Source: Fimbriosthenelais zetlandica
Taxonomy: Eukaryota
NCBI GenBank assembly: GCA_977030845.1
Contig: OZ365114.1
Span: 25,048,001-25,112,000, forward strand
Reading direction: 5' to 3'
Length of the DNA: 64,000 bases
The notes under the pieces were generated by a model that saw only the letters and a list, made by a program, of their open reading frames with translations, was not told the origin of the DNA and made no database searches. Positions 1-13,200 of this stretch are shown here, piece by piece. Numbering within the stretch: position 1 is the stretch's first letter; each line of letters starts with the position of its first letter. The translations under genes were made by a program, and so were the position numbers.

Positions 1-279
1 ACCTAATGGGAGTTTCAAATTGTAAAAGTCGAGTTCTGACTTGATCCCGGGATTATAAATTGGGGTTTCGCCATTTTTATTGAAATATGCCAAAAAAAAC
101 AGTCCAGTGATAGGCCTAACCATCTCCGCTAAGTCAGGATTTTTTTCTTTGGTTATCGATCCAATTTTCAGCTTTAGCGGAGACTCTACATAATGGTATG
201 ATTTGTATGACATATATAAATGGTAAAACTTAATGTTTTAATTTCATTTTTCTTTCAGTGGAGACGTCAGTGACCTCAC

Positions 280-1000
280 TGTGTTGCCTGTCTCTCAGCG
301 TGTACGCCCCCATTATCGCCCAGTACGCCACCTACAGGAAGCGTTCATCAACCATCCATACGCCTCCCGCCTGGAGGAGGACAGTGGCGGGAACAAAATT
401 TCGCAGTTGACCAAATTTCGCACGACACTAGAAGGCGTCAAAGATACTAATATAAGGCGTTTGTAAATCCCCCTCCGTCCCGTGGCGCCCTCGCCACATT
501 ATCTGGCAAAAATGGGAACTAACGCGATTGGTTTCACATTCTGGGCGTCGATCGGAATTTTCAGCCGATGATTGTAGATCAAAAAAAGCCTATATGGGCT
601 AAAATTGAAATCAGTAGGTAGATTTATATGGAGAGTTAATCCCATCCGATAAAACAAAGCTTAGTTGTCTACAAGCCTGTAAACGGCCTGTAATGCAAGC
701 AGTGAGCGATAATAGGGGATTTCGCCTCACTCCTTTACCGGAAGTCAGCTTTTCTTGAACAGGCCACACGAGCGGGGCGAGCATCATGGGTTTGCCTCTA
801 TTTGGTGCCGCCACCTTGTGTGCCGCGAGTGAACTAAGCTCCGCCACGCCTTTACTTCAGTGGAAAAGCGCCAGGTGGCAGCCCAGTTTCTAATCGCCAC
901 CATCATAGACCGTCAAGCACCCATCACCATCAAACGAGGCAAGACTTCGCCCGTCAAACGCTAGGTGACAGCACAGGTCGCAGAAGGGGAATGGGGTGGG
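280..1000 (+). promoter_or_regulatory. CpG-rich putative promoter region upstream of glycogenin exon 1, with an ETS-type site
   Basis: Visibly higher GC and CpG density than the surrounding introns. ACCGGAAGT at 737-745. TATTTAAA at ~1093-1100, about 140 nt upstream of the ATG at 1235. Confidence 0.45.
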
Positions 1001-1234
1001 ACGGACCGAAATTGACCAATACTCATTATCCTGATATAGGCATACTACGGCAGTAGGCTACCCATATCACCGAGCAGGACCCATTTGAAAACTATTTAAA
1101 AGGTGAAATCTCGCCAGTTAGGCCTACTATCCTACCTGGAAAGGCATCCATGTCAGACTGCCTATTAAAATAACAATTTCGGATCCCTCAATCGTCACTG
1201 TTCTTCCTACTGCAGCCAAGGGCCGAGCACAGAG

Positions 1235-4200
1235 ATGGCATCCTCCGATGGTGAGAATATTTTTTTTTATATTTGGGTTAATGCTTGGGGTAAAAAATCA
1301 TAAAGTTGTGTCATGTTGTTTATTATGATATCGTGAGATATATCTCCTCCAAGCTTGACCGGACATTGTATAAAAGGGCAGGAATGTAGGGGTGAACATG
1401 CAGCCCGTCCTCCAGACATCCCACCGTGACAGTCTACCGTGATGGTAGCCCTTCGTGCCGGGGAGAGAAGCAGCCGAGCTGTCAAACTTTCAAGGTCAAC
1501 TTTTGTACTATACTGGCCAGTGTATGGCTATTCAGATTGGCCATCTTCCTCTGTGTGGGTGTATAAATGAATTGTCATACTCTGACTTGGATTCTGCTTT
1601 GTTATCTGATAATTAACAGTACTGTATCATGTATGGTCAACGTGTCAGAGGACACGCCCCCCTAGCCATGTGTATTGTGTGTATCTGTTGACATTCCATC
1701 AATAGGCTGTAGGCCTACGTGTCCACTGATGAAGCACAGGGTCAGCTGTTTATGGTCAAAGAAAACATCTCCTTAAAGAGCTTACATTATTAATATTATC
1801 TCTCAAATAGATATAGTTATAACAGACTATACTAATTTTCATTGACATTTTTCACGTCATGTCACGATTAAAATTATATTGCATAGTAGGCCTAGGTAGG
1901 CTAACATAATGTGTAGACCTACATGTAATCATGTACATGTAGGCTAGACATAATGATCTGTTTTTACTGCTCAACATTTCAATAGATCTATCTTTTTTTA
2001 ATGCCATTCTCCCTCGGCTACCAGTCTAGCCTCCCAATATTGTCTCAGCTGGGGAGGTTTGGTTATGTCATGCAATGAATGCATTCAAACAAACATGATG
2101 TCTGGAAAATGAGATAAATTGAATGTGATATAGTTTATCTCTACATAATCCAGGCTACCCACTGCTGTGTCCTAAATTCATATGAACTGATCTAGCCTGG
2201 GAGGGGTGGGGTAACGTTACGTGGCCTAAATTCAGTCTATTAAATCTGTGATCCTACATTGTCTTAGGCTACAACTTGAAATAATCACTCACTGTCCATG
2301 CTTGAGTTTAAGAGTTTAAGAGTTTTTATTGCACACTTCGTCTCGGTCTTCCACCTGTACAAAAAATATTCAGTTAATTTAAAGTTTAAAGTGCAACAGA
2401 TTGTAAGTGGCGCTTGTTGCGAGTTGCTCGGAATGAGCAGGTGTATAAAGACGTACGTTATAGGAGAGGGGAATGTAATTAAGGCTAGTACGCCCTCTCC
2501 CAGCCTCTACAGGTACCTATATACCACTGAGTGGCTACCACTAGCTATGCCCTACATCTAACCTACTCTGGGAGTGGCCCACATATACGCCTCTTCTTCT
2601 CTACCTTGCAAGAAATTATCCCACCTCTGCCTTTTCACATGTATACAGCCAGCTGGCTACTTTGAATACCGCTCTTGATCAAACAGTTCTCAAAGGAGGC
2701 AGTTCACAGTTACCTGTGATCAAATCTTCCTGATCGAGGCTAGCGTTGAGTGATGGGTGAGTGATTTTAATTATGAGCCATTAAGGGTACCGTATTGTTC
2801 CAGTTTAAGAGCATGTAGGTTATCCACGTGGGGATATTGTCCATCTTGATATTCTTAATCTTAGCCTTAATCTTGTAATTTTAGCAATTTTAAGTTCAGT
2901 TTTAAGTTTAACTTACATTAACTGGATTGGTGAATATAATTTTTAAAATGCTCTTTTGGAAGAGAGTCAAAATGAGTCATTCTGCCCCACTTGTTGCAGT
3001 GGAGGGTACATCTATCATTGCAGGACATGTGGACTACATTTTACTTTCAGATTTTTATTGAGAACCTGTTCTGTTCCTAATCCGATCACCGGCAGTTAAA
3101 ATGGATCCTTTGCTTGTTATATTACCCCTCTATTGGAATATGTTTGTATTATAATTTATTAACCCAAAGGTTAATATTTTTTATTGTATACATACCGGTA
3201 CAACTCAGTTATATGGCATTCAGACATCAGTGGATCCATCATTTAAGAATGTGCCCCTGTTCTTTTTTTTCCACTGCTCTCCCCAAAGATCGGTAGGTGG
3301 CCCTACAAGGTGGAAGGTCATGGTCAACCACTGTATAATATACAAGTATTTTACATAGAAAAATATGTAAAGATCATGAATGGATTATAGAGGGGCAATG
3401 CATTTTACACGAACAATTTATTCATTTACATTCAAAACAAAGGTTCAATTGATAAAACTTAAAAGTATTACAATGTGACTTCATGAAATTTTAGAATTTC
3501 CCTGGGGATCATATATATTCCTCAAAATATGGCGGTGCATATAAGAAGTCAGAAATGTTATTTTCATTGCGACTAATAGGCATATGACACTAGGTTATGA
3601 GATTGATGACAGAGCAGGCAATTGACTGGTCTCCCTTCAATATAGCAACATTTTACTTAGCAATTGTAAAGTCTATTGCTAGAGGTAAAAGTGCAATCCA
3701 ATCTAATACAATGGTCACTATGTATTATACATGTAGTCTTTTGGTGGATGTTTTGGGAGGAAATGTGCAAGGGACGTTAAACCGCGTTAAACATGTGTGC
3801 ATGGGACGGAGGTGGCATGTGCTTGTGCTATAGGCGCATCTAAGACTTACTTGTGAAGCCTTTTCTCTTGCTAGGACTTTAGGGGTGAATCAAACTCTAT
3901 ACCTTCTCTCCTGCCTCCTTTCCATGTGTACATCGCCATGGAAACGCCAATAAACAATGCATTGGTCACCACCGAAGGCAAAACGAAGCCTGTTTGGTTG
4001 GAGGTGCATTCTTGGTGTCATCGTAGATGGTTTTTTTGACGGCTGATTTTTGCAGTTGTGTGTGTTTAGTGGAGTCTTGTATCAGGCAAACTGGTGGGAG
4101 GTAAGCCTGTCAGCCCACTACTTGGCCAACATTGGCCAACATTGGAGGAGCCTGCAGGAGCTGCAGATATACTGTTCAGGAACTTTTGGCACCTGGCATT

Positions 4201-7200
4201 TCTAATTTTCGATTTCTGAATATTTTCAATGGCGTTGGATTTCAATAAAATCAGTTATGAGCTTGGAATTCAATAAGATCAGTTATGAAATCTATTGTAC
4301 ATCAATCTGCTCAATGAGGAACTCATAATGAACTCCCGATTGCGTACTTAGTTTCTCACTTACTGATGCACTATTCTTCAAAAAGAGTTATTTTACTAAG
4401 AGACTAAGAAATTAAACTACAAAGATAATGAGTGTCATGGGTTCACTAATTATAGAGAGTATAGACCCATTCTGGTAATGATCTATGAATTATTTCTGAC
4501 ATGTAAGCCTCCATGGAATATAAGGCTTAAGACCAGGAGCACTCCTGGGGAGAATGTGGGTCCTGCCAAGACAATAACACTGCCAAGGGTGCAGTAGTCC
4601 ACCCTCCCACCTCTAGACTGCCCTAAGTCACCGATGGCTAGATCCCAGACATATCAGACAAAAACCACATGTAAAAAGATCAGGTAGCCCACTGCTGTGC
4701 AAGATGTTTTTTTCAAAGGTTATCGCTATTCAGAATATTACCACAAATATTATGTAGGCCTACAACTGACCTTCAATCCTTATCATTCATTTAATCGTAG
4801 ACGTACTCGAATGATAATTCTATCCTCTCATGAAAAAACATAATGTATAAAATAAGGTCATTTTAGACTGTTTGTAGCCTAATGGTTGTCTATGGGTGAA
4901 ATAAGACAAATATCCTATATTATGGTGATAGACATTAGAAACATCTGAGATTCATTTATACCACATTGCTCAGCCTGGTCTACAAACTTGTCTAAAATAG
5001 AATCCTGGCTAATCATGTAGGGATCAAGACTTTTCTGTGGATTTCGATTCACTTTGGTTAATTGTGTCCAATATCCCAAGCGTTTCATCAGATTCTGAAT
5101 TGAATCGGTTAGGTATCTACCCATCAAAGCTTAGTAGAAATCAATTTGCTAGATTGAAAAAAATCAGTTCATAGACATAGTCAGAATTGGTTCTGTGTGG
5201 TCCATAGTCAATTGTTTTGACTTGGTGGAGACAATGATGGCGTGGTAGACATGAACATCCTATTATTTGGAGGAGCTCAGGATGTTGTCTCCTCTAAAGT
5301 GTAATGCATCATTGCTTTCACTGCCAAGAGACCACACCCACGTATGACAGTGGTCCTCAAACTCCACTGACTTACATTGTCTACATTCACTCACCTCTCT
5401 CTGGGTATTTAATGAAGGCATGAAGACATTTATTCATCATACATGTATATATTAGCCTGTCAGTGTTGTCTATCTGTTTACATTTATGCATGTATTGAAC
5501 AGGTGAACACCTTTGTACACACCTTTGAAGCTGGGAACTTATGGGACCCTTCTGGAGCAGAGCTGCTCCTCTTCTAGACCGAGCTGAGCTATTTTAAGCT
5601 GCTCTCTGGAACTGATATGCTCATCCTGCAATGCTGGAGGCATGTGGAACTGGGTCGCAGGATCCCCAAATCGACTAGCCATAGTCACTCACCATACTCC
5701 CTCAATACTTCAAAGCATTTTTACATCAACATGCCCCAAACAACATAGATCTGCTCATGGTCTTTGAATAAAGTTAGAGATGGGAAGTTCAGATACAGAG
5801 GCAACTCTAGGCTGGCCGAGTGATCCTGGCATGCCGCCTTATAGTCACAGGATGTGAGTATATAGTGAAGACCACTATATCTTACCACCAGCGTTGCACT
5901 CACAGGTGAATGGGGCTAAAGGGATCTTAAGGTTACTCAGTCATTGAGTTTTATAACCTTTTGACCTCGGGTAATAATAAATGAATGGACATATCTGACC
6001 TCCTTCATATGACCTTTCCTTAGTTTAAATAGTATCTAATATCAATCTTGACTTTTCCCAAATAAAATTTTCCACCGTTTCATACTATTTCGGACATTTT
6101 CTAAACGAGCTGTGTCAGGGAATTTTTGCTTGCTCTGTTTTCGAGGAGATCTGTAACTGTCTGTTCACGGCATGAACTCTTTCCAGGAGCATGGGAAACT
6201 ATTGCTTAGATAATGTCTGGCACACTAACATAATATAATTGCTGGATGTAGAAAGGTCTTTCTACAGGAAAATGTATGTTAATGCTGGAATGTCTTTTCT
6301 CTGCATCAAACATTTTTAAACTGAGTCAACATTTAATTTAATGTATTAAATGTACCGGTACATAATTAGTTTTTATAGGTTATTTTCCTCCAGTGTAACC
6401 CGTTCAGCCTCTCAAAACACCTAAAGATCTGTCCCAATTTTAAGCGGTATTCAGTCCCGAACTTATAAATATTATCATGAGTCAAGTAGCTATATACAAC
6501 TCTGGTGACCTCTGATCTGCGTGGCTATATGTTGGGGTGATGCCGGGTAAGACATACTTTACCCAATGTCTGATCTCAGGTTAAATTTGCAGGCGTGCAC
6601 GAGGGATGATGTGATGTAAAATATGTGGGTGTGAGTAGGTGTGCTCGTGCATGTTAAAACGCTTAGGTCTCAGTTATTTTCCCATGGAAGTGCAGATCCA
6701 TTAGGAGCAAATTGCTTATATTGCAGCGAACACTTTAAATTAAATTAGATTTTTTTAAACTTTATTCCAAATAAACTTCTATAAGAAATTCTCCAAAAGC
6801 AATAGCCAGGGCAAAGTTATTATAAGTTAAAAGTGTGTGGCTCTGTTGAGACAAATGGTTTATCTATCAGCTTGTTGAATTCTACGAATCAGAGCATTAC
6901 AATTTATCTGGGTTTTCCTGAGTCGGCTTGTAGTAGGATAAGCCTTGAGCAGCTTCAGATTGAATGATCCTGTAACTCTCTAGTCTCAACATGGGATTAA
7001 AATAGCCACGATAGGCTGTATACGTGTTTTTCTTACTTTGAAAGGCATCTAACCTGGATAGGCTAGACATTCATTTCTTGGCAACACCGGAATTAGACTC
7101 CTTGCCTGTTTTCGGTTTGAACTTTTTTATTAACCATTTAGAAACAAAAATGATACTTTGCCAATTTTCAAAGGAGTTATTTATTTATCGTGTACATTTG

Positions 7201-10200
7201 TCATAATATTCCTATTGATAATGTCCGATTTCAAAGGTGGCAGTCGCACACAAGCATAATTCATCGAATTATCATTGTGAACTGATGAGATTCCCTTGCC
7301 TTGATGTCTATTTTTTATGACTTGTGTACTGCTTATTATTATTATGTATGCACTGTCGAAGGAAACAAGGGAAATGGGAAAGTCTTTGGAAAGTAAATAC
7401 AACTAGACCTGTGTATTAGCGGACAAAAATATCTGTACCAGTGTAGTGTCGTGAGATGTCAAACAAACGGACACTATTACCTTTTATTTACAGTAGTAAC
7501 TCCTGACTACATCTTGTGGGTCAGACATCTGCTCAGCCATAATATAAAAATATCTAATTGAGATTTTTTTAAGACTATCATTTCGGTGGTATATCAGATG
7601 GGCTGCATTTTCTTTTTATTTAAACAAATTTATCCTGGGTTTGTTCAGAGTCATTATCGTATTATCGTATGATTTGTGATATTGTTGTTGTGTGTTGGCC
7701 CTTCTGGACCAGTATAGGGGTGGGGACGATTAACTTACCCTCGTCACTGTTTCTGGCCACATGGCACGGGCCACAACTCTAAAAACTCTAAGCAAGAGGT
7801 ACTGGATCGGTGGAGGTGTGGAAGGCACTAGTGCAAGCATACCGAAGTAAACAGGCAGAAGACAATCCTCATCCTGCCTTCCACCGACCCTATAGGTTTA
7901 AAAACGCCCCTTTACATCCCCTCCTCCTCCTCCTCCTAGAGGCGCTGCTTGCTCCTGTTGCTGGAGGAGTATAGAATAGTCAGTTGGTTTTACCCACTCA
8001 GCCTGGAGGAAAGGTTGTGTTCTCGAGCACCTTGCCCTGGCTGGCTATATGCTACTATATAGACCATGCCTTCACCACTCTGACCTAGGCCTAAAATTAC
8101 TGCTGGGGAGGAATTTTATCAGTGATTAGGTGCTAATTTAAGTGCTTTTCTCAATAACTGGAGGTATTAGAGATATACGAGGCCCAGTGCCAAGTGCATG
8201 TGGATAATTGGATTTAATACTATTCTTCATATAATTTCTGGAGTTACTTAAGTGTCATCGTAACTGAAGGAGGATTAATCATCAGTGAATCTGCGTGGAA
8301 GGTGAAATGTGTGCAACGCCAATCAGTGACAGCTCGTGAAGAGATAAATCACTGATAGCAGTGGATACTGGATTACAGAAATCAATTAGAAACGCCAGAG
8401 GGAAAGTCTAAAGTTAATCTTGCTCAGTTGAGATATTTGTCTGCAGTGATGAAACAGTATCTCACGGCTTACATAACTGAGAACTAACGTGCTTTATCAT
8501 TGAAAAATTTGATAGAAATTTAGTTTAAAATATTAGTTTCAAAATTGAGTCTTCTACATACTTCCATCTCTTCTTGACATAATTCAAAATGTCGAGGAGA
8601 TTAGCTGAGTTGCAAGCCAAGTTTTCTGGCAATAAAGAATCCAGTCCATCTAAGCCAGCCCCTGGCCCTGGACAGCAGACTGGTCCATCCGCTGTCCAGC
8701 GCAAATGGGGTGCTAAAACAACATCTGGATCATCTGCTGAAGCTGCTTCTGCTGCACCATCCTCGGAGTCCCCTACAACAGCAAGTGCAGGTGCTGGGAA
8801 AGGCCAACCAGAACCTGCAGGTGCCTCCAAATCTACTGTAGACCCTCCAGCATGGAGGAGAGGTGCAGCCAAAGAGCCTGAAACCAAAAAGGCGCCAGAA
8901 GCAGCAGCAAAACCAGGTGCAAAAGATGATAAAAGTAGTACTCAAGAATCAGAAGCTCGCCAGGGATCTGGTGTTGGATTCCGTCGAGGACCACCTGAAC
9001 CAGAACCTAAACCTGATCCTAAACCTGCTCGAAAGTGGGGGAAAAAGCCTGAGCCTGAACCTGATTCTAAACCTGAGCCACCAAAGCCTGAACCTAAGCC
9101 TGCACGAAAATGGGGAAAAAAGCCTGAGCCTGAGCCTGAAGCAAAGCCTGAGCCGCCAAAGCCTGAGCCGCCAAAGCCTGAACCTAAGCCTGCACGAAAA
9201 TGGGGGCAGCCAGCACAGAAAACAGTGGCTGAACCTGAAAGCAAACCTGCTCCCAAGCCTGCAAAGAAATGGGGTGTAAAAGCCGCACCTGAACCTGAGC
9301 CCGAGCCTGAACCCAAACCTGAACCCAAACCTGAACCTAAACCTGAACCCAAGCCTGTTAAAAAATGGGGTGTTAAGAAACCTGAGCCTGAACCCAAACC
9401 CAAACCGGACCCTAAGCCTGTTAGAAAATGGGGGCGCAAACCCGAGCCTGAGCCTGCACCTGAGCCTGAGCCTGAATCCTTGCCTGAACCCAAGCCTGAG
9501 CCTAAGCCTGCAAAGAAATGGGGTGCTAAATCTGTTCCTGCTGTTGCTCCCAAACCTTCAAAGAAAACAGTTACAGTCACTCCCACGGCTGAAGATGTCC
9601 CCCTTCCAGTTGCACCTAAGCCTGCTGAGCCTTCAAAACCTTTGGTTCCTGCTAAGCCTATGCCTGAATTAGAAGAAAAAAAGATCATACCTATGCCACG
9701 GCATATACCCCCACCATTTTCAAAGGTTACTCTTGCTGGAACGGTTTCCCAAGAAACACCACGTGGCCCTGTCCCAGGAGCAAAGTCTTCATGGAAACCC
9801 TACACTGCTGGTCCACTACGAGCACCCGCTCCTCAGCAATTTGGACCACAGTTTGCAGTTCCACCGCAAGAAGTAAGTCAGGTTGAGATGGAAGTTAAAA
9901 CTGAAGATCAATTGTCTACTGATGACCAAACACAGGCTGCTAATGTTGCAGCCATTGAAAGCACGTTAGTTACTCAAGAACCAAAGCCTGCAGAGGAATC
10001 ACAAGTAATATCTGAACCAGTCAGTGAATTACCTAAGGAACCCTCCCAGGTAGAAGCTGAGCCTCCAGCTGCTGAAGGTGTAACAGAGGCTGCTGTGCCT
10101 GCAGAACCCACTCCTGCAGCTGCAGAACCAGTACCAGAACCAGCACTAGAGGCTGTCCCAGTGGCAGAAGCAGTGCCACAACCTTCAGAACCTGTACCTC

Positions 10201-13200
10201 AAGTTACATCTATAGAAGAAGCAGCGCCACAACCAGCAGAACCAACACCTGAGGCTCCACAACCGTCAGAACCAGTGCCTGAAGCTGCAACAGTAGAAGA
10301 ACCAGCGCCACAACCAGCAGAACCAACACCTGAGGCTGCACCAGTGGCAGAACCTGTAGCAGAACTGGCAGAACCAGTGCCTGAGGCTGCAACAGTGGCA
10401 GAACCAATGCCACAACCTTCAGAACCTGCACCTGAGGCTCCACCAGTAGCAGAACAACAACCACAGATTCCAGAGCAAGTGGCATCTCTGGACCAGACAC
10501 AGCCTGCTGTTGTTGAAGGTGGGCCAATTCAAAAAACTGAAGGTGAGGTTGCTACTATTCTTCCAGCTGAACTTGCCACAGAAGCTGCACCTCTGCCTAC
10601 AGAACCTCCACTAACTACTGAACCTCTACCTTTAGCTGAGCCTCCCCCTGCTTCACCAGCAGCATCTGCTCCAGAGCCTGCATCACTAACCGAGCAACCC
10701 CAAGTTTCAGAACCATGTAAAGCAGCAGAAATGATTGTGACCAGTCTTCCTGAGGCACCAGCAGGGGCAGAAACAGTTCCAGAGATTTCTCCCGTTCCTG
10801 TGTCTGAACCAGCAGCTGCTCAAGCTAGTGAGATAACTGCAGAACCAGTCCCAGCTTCTGTACCTGAACCTCAGGAGGCCAAGCTTCCAGAGGCAGAGCC
10901 TGTTCCTGTATCAGCTCCTGAGCCAGAACCGTCTCAAGTTCCTGAGCCATCACCAGAAGCAGTTCCAGATAGTGTTGTAACACCTGTTGAAATTGCAGTA
11001 CCAGAGCCTGTACCAACTCAGGCAGCTGAACTATCTGCTGAGCCAGTACCAGTAAGTGCAGTAGATAATGTAGCAGCTGTGTCTGAGCCGCCTGAAGTGG
11101 CAAAAGTACCTGAGGCTGAGCTTGGGGCTCAAGTTCCTGAAGCATCAGCAGGACCGGTTGCTGAATCTCCACCAGAAGTTACACCTGTGCCTGAACCATC
11201 AGTTTCAGAGCCTATACCAATAGTTACCACAGCAGTTGAAGTCTCTGAAGAATCAAGGGAGCCTCTTCCAGCAGCTCCTACTGCAGTTCCTGAAATTCCT
11301 GCACAAGAGCCAGGACCCAGTCAGGTAGTGATGGAACCGGCTCAAATACCACAACAAGAAGTAGCTCAAGTATCACAGCCTGAAGTGGCCCAAGTCCCTG
11401 AGCCTGCAACTGAGCCTCTTCCCATAGTTCCATCACAAATTCCTGCTACTGAACCTATATCTGAACCTGCCCCAGCTCAGGTTGCAGAAACTAAAATAGA
11501 AATTGCTCCAGTTATGCAACCTGCACCTGAACCTGTATTATCAGAGCCAGTTTCACCAGTGGTCGCCCCTGTTCCTGTATCAGAGCCTGCTCCAGTATCA
11601 GAGCCTGTTCAAGTGTCTGTGTCAGAGCCTGATGTTGCAAAGGCCCCTGAGCCACCAGCTGAGCCTGTTCAAACAGAACTTCCTGTATCAGCTCCTGAGC
11701 CTGTGGCACACGTCCCTGAGGCAGAACCAGGTCATGAGATTAAACAAGCTATTGCTCCACCTGAGCCTGTAGCCCCAGTGTCTGTACCTGAACCTGCCAC
11801 CAATCAAGCACCTGGAGATTCAGTAGGACCACCTGAGCCTGCACCAGTCGCAGCACAACTACCAGAGATACCATCAGCACTCCCACCACCAGATGTGGCT
11901 CCAGTATCTCTACCTGAGCCAGCAGCAGCCCAAGTTCCTCCAGAACCAGTTCCAGAGGCTATGTCAGTGATTTCAACAACTGTACCAGCACCTGCAGTGG
12001 CACAGTGTCCTCCAGGACCTGTAGCTCCAGTTCCAGAAGTCATGAGACAACCTGAACCGGCTCCATTTGTACCCACGGTGCCTGCACCATCTAAGCCAGA
12101 AGAGCCAGCTGCTCCGAAAAAAGCCTTTAATAAAATGGACATCAGAACACCAATGCCTGCACCACATACTGTGAGGATTGTACGTGTACCACGCACAAGG
12201 TTGGTACACCCATCACAGGTCAGGGTACTCCAGCCTAAAATAATACATCCATCAGGCCAAGCTGCTCCACCACAAGTGCCCAATCTGCCCCAGCAACCTG
12301 TTATGCAGCCTGAACTGCAGGTAGCAGCAGCACAGATGGCCGTAGGACCTCCTGTTCAGCAGCATGTACCCACACCTTTGGAGCAACATGTAGAAATGTT
12401 AGGACAACTACCCCAACCTCCTACTCAACAAGAGACCTCAATGAGACTCGAAACTGCTCCAGAAATACAGCAATTGCCATCTGAAAGTCAGCCACAAGTT
12501 TCTATGACTAATATAACATTTGAAAGTAAATCAGCTCCTGAACAATTTATAAAAGAACCTCCTGATGTAGCTCGAATTCCCCCAACAACGTTAGAAAATG
12601 CCCCAGGACCTGAACTTACACCACCAACGCCAGCTGATGCACCACAAGTTATTTCTACCAGCCAAATACAAATGAAGGCTGCCCCAGAGCAACAACTTCC
12701 TCCTCCCGTTGTACCTCCAGTGGTTGCTCAAGAAGTTTGTATTGTTCAAGGACCACCAATGTCTGCCCCTGCAGAACCAGAAGTTGTTCCTGTACAACAA
12801 ATACAAATGCAGGCTGCCCCTGAGCAGCAACTTCCTCCTCCCGTGGAAGTACCTCCAGTGGCTTCTCAAGAAGTTTGTATTGTTCAAGGGCCACCAATGT
12901 CTGATGTTGCAGAACCAGAAGTTGTTCCTGTACAACAAATACAAATGCAGGCTGCCCCTGAGCAGCAACTTCCTCCTCCCGTGGAAGTACCTCCAGTGGC
13001 TTCTCAAGAAGTTTGTATTGTTCAAGGACCACCAATGTCTGCCCCTGCAGAACCAGAAGTTGTTCCTGTACAACAAATACAAATGCAGGCTGCCCCTGTC
13101 CAGCAGCAACAAGTTTCTCTTCCACCAGAAGTGCCTCCAGTCGCTCCTCAAGAGATTGCCTTTGTTCAAGAACCAGCAATGTCTGCACCTGCTGAGCCAG

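Noticed and set aside
259-466. Acceptor at 258 followed by a 68-codon open frame (GDVSDLTVLPVSQR...)
   Set aside because: No recognisable homology, lies in the CpG-rich promoter-like zone where stops are rarer, and any upstream exon would be outside the window.
7920-7937. (CCT)6 microsatellite, and the 10-bp tandem ttggccaaca at 4122-4145
   Set aside because: Ordinary short tandem repeats with no further structure.
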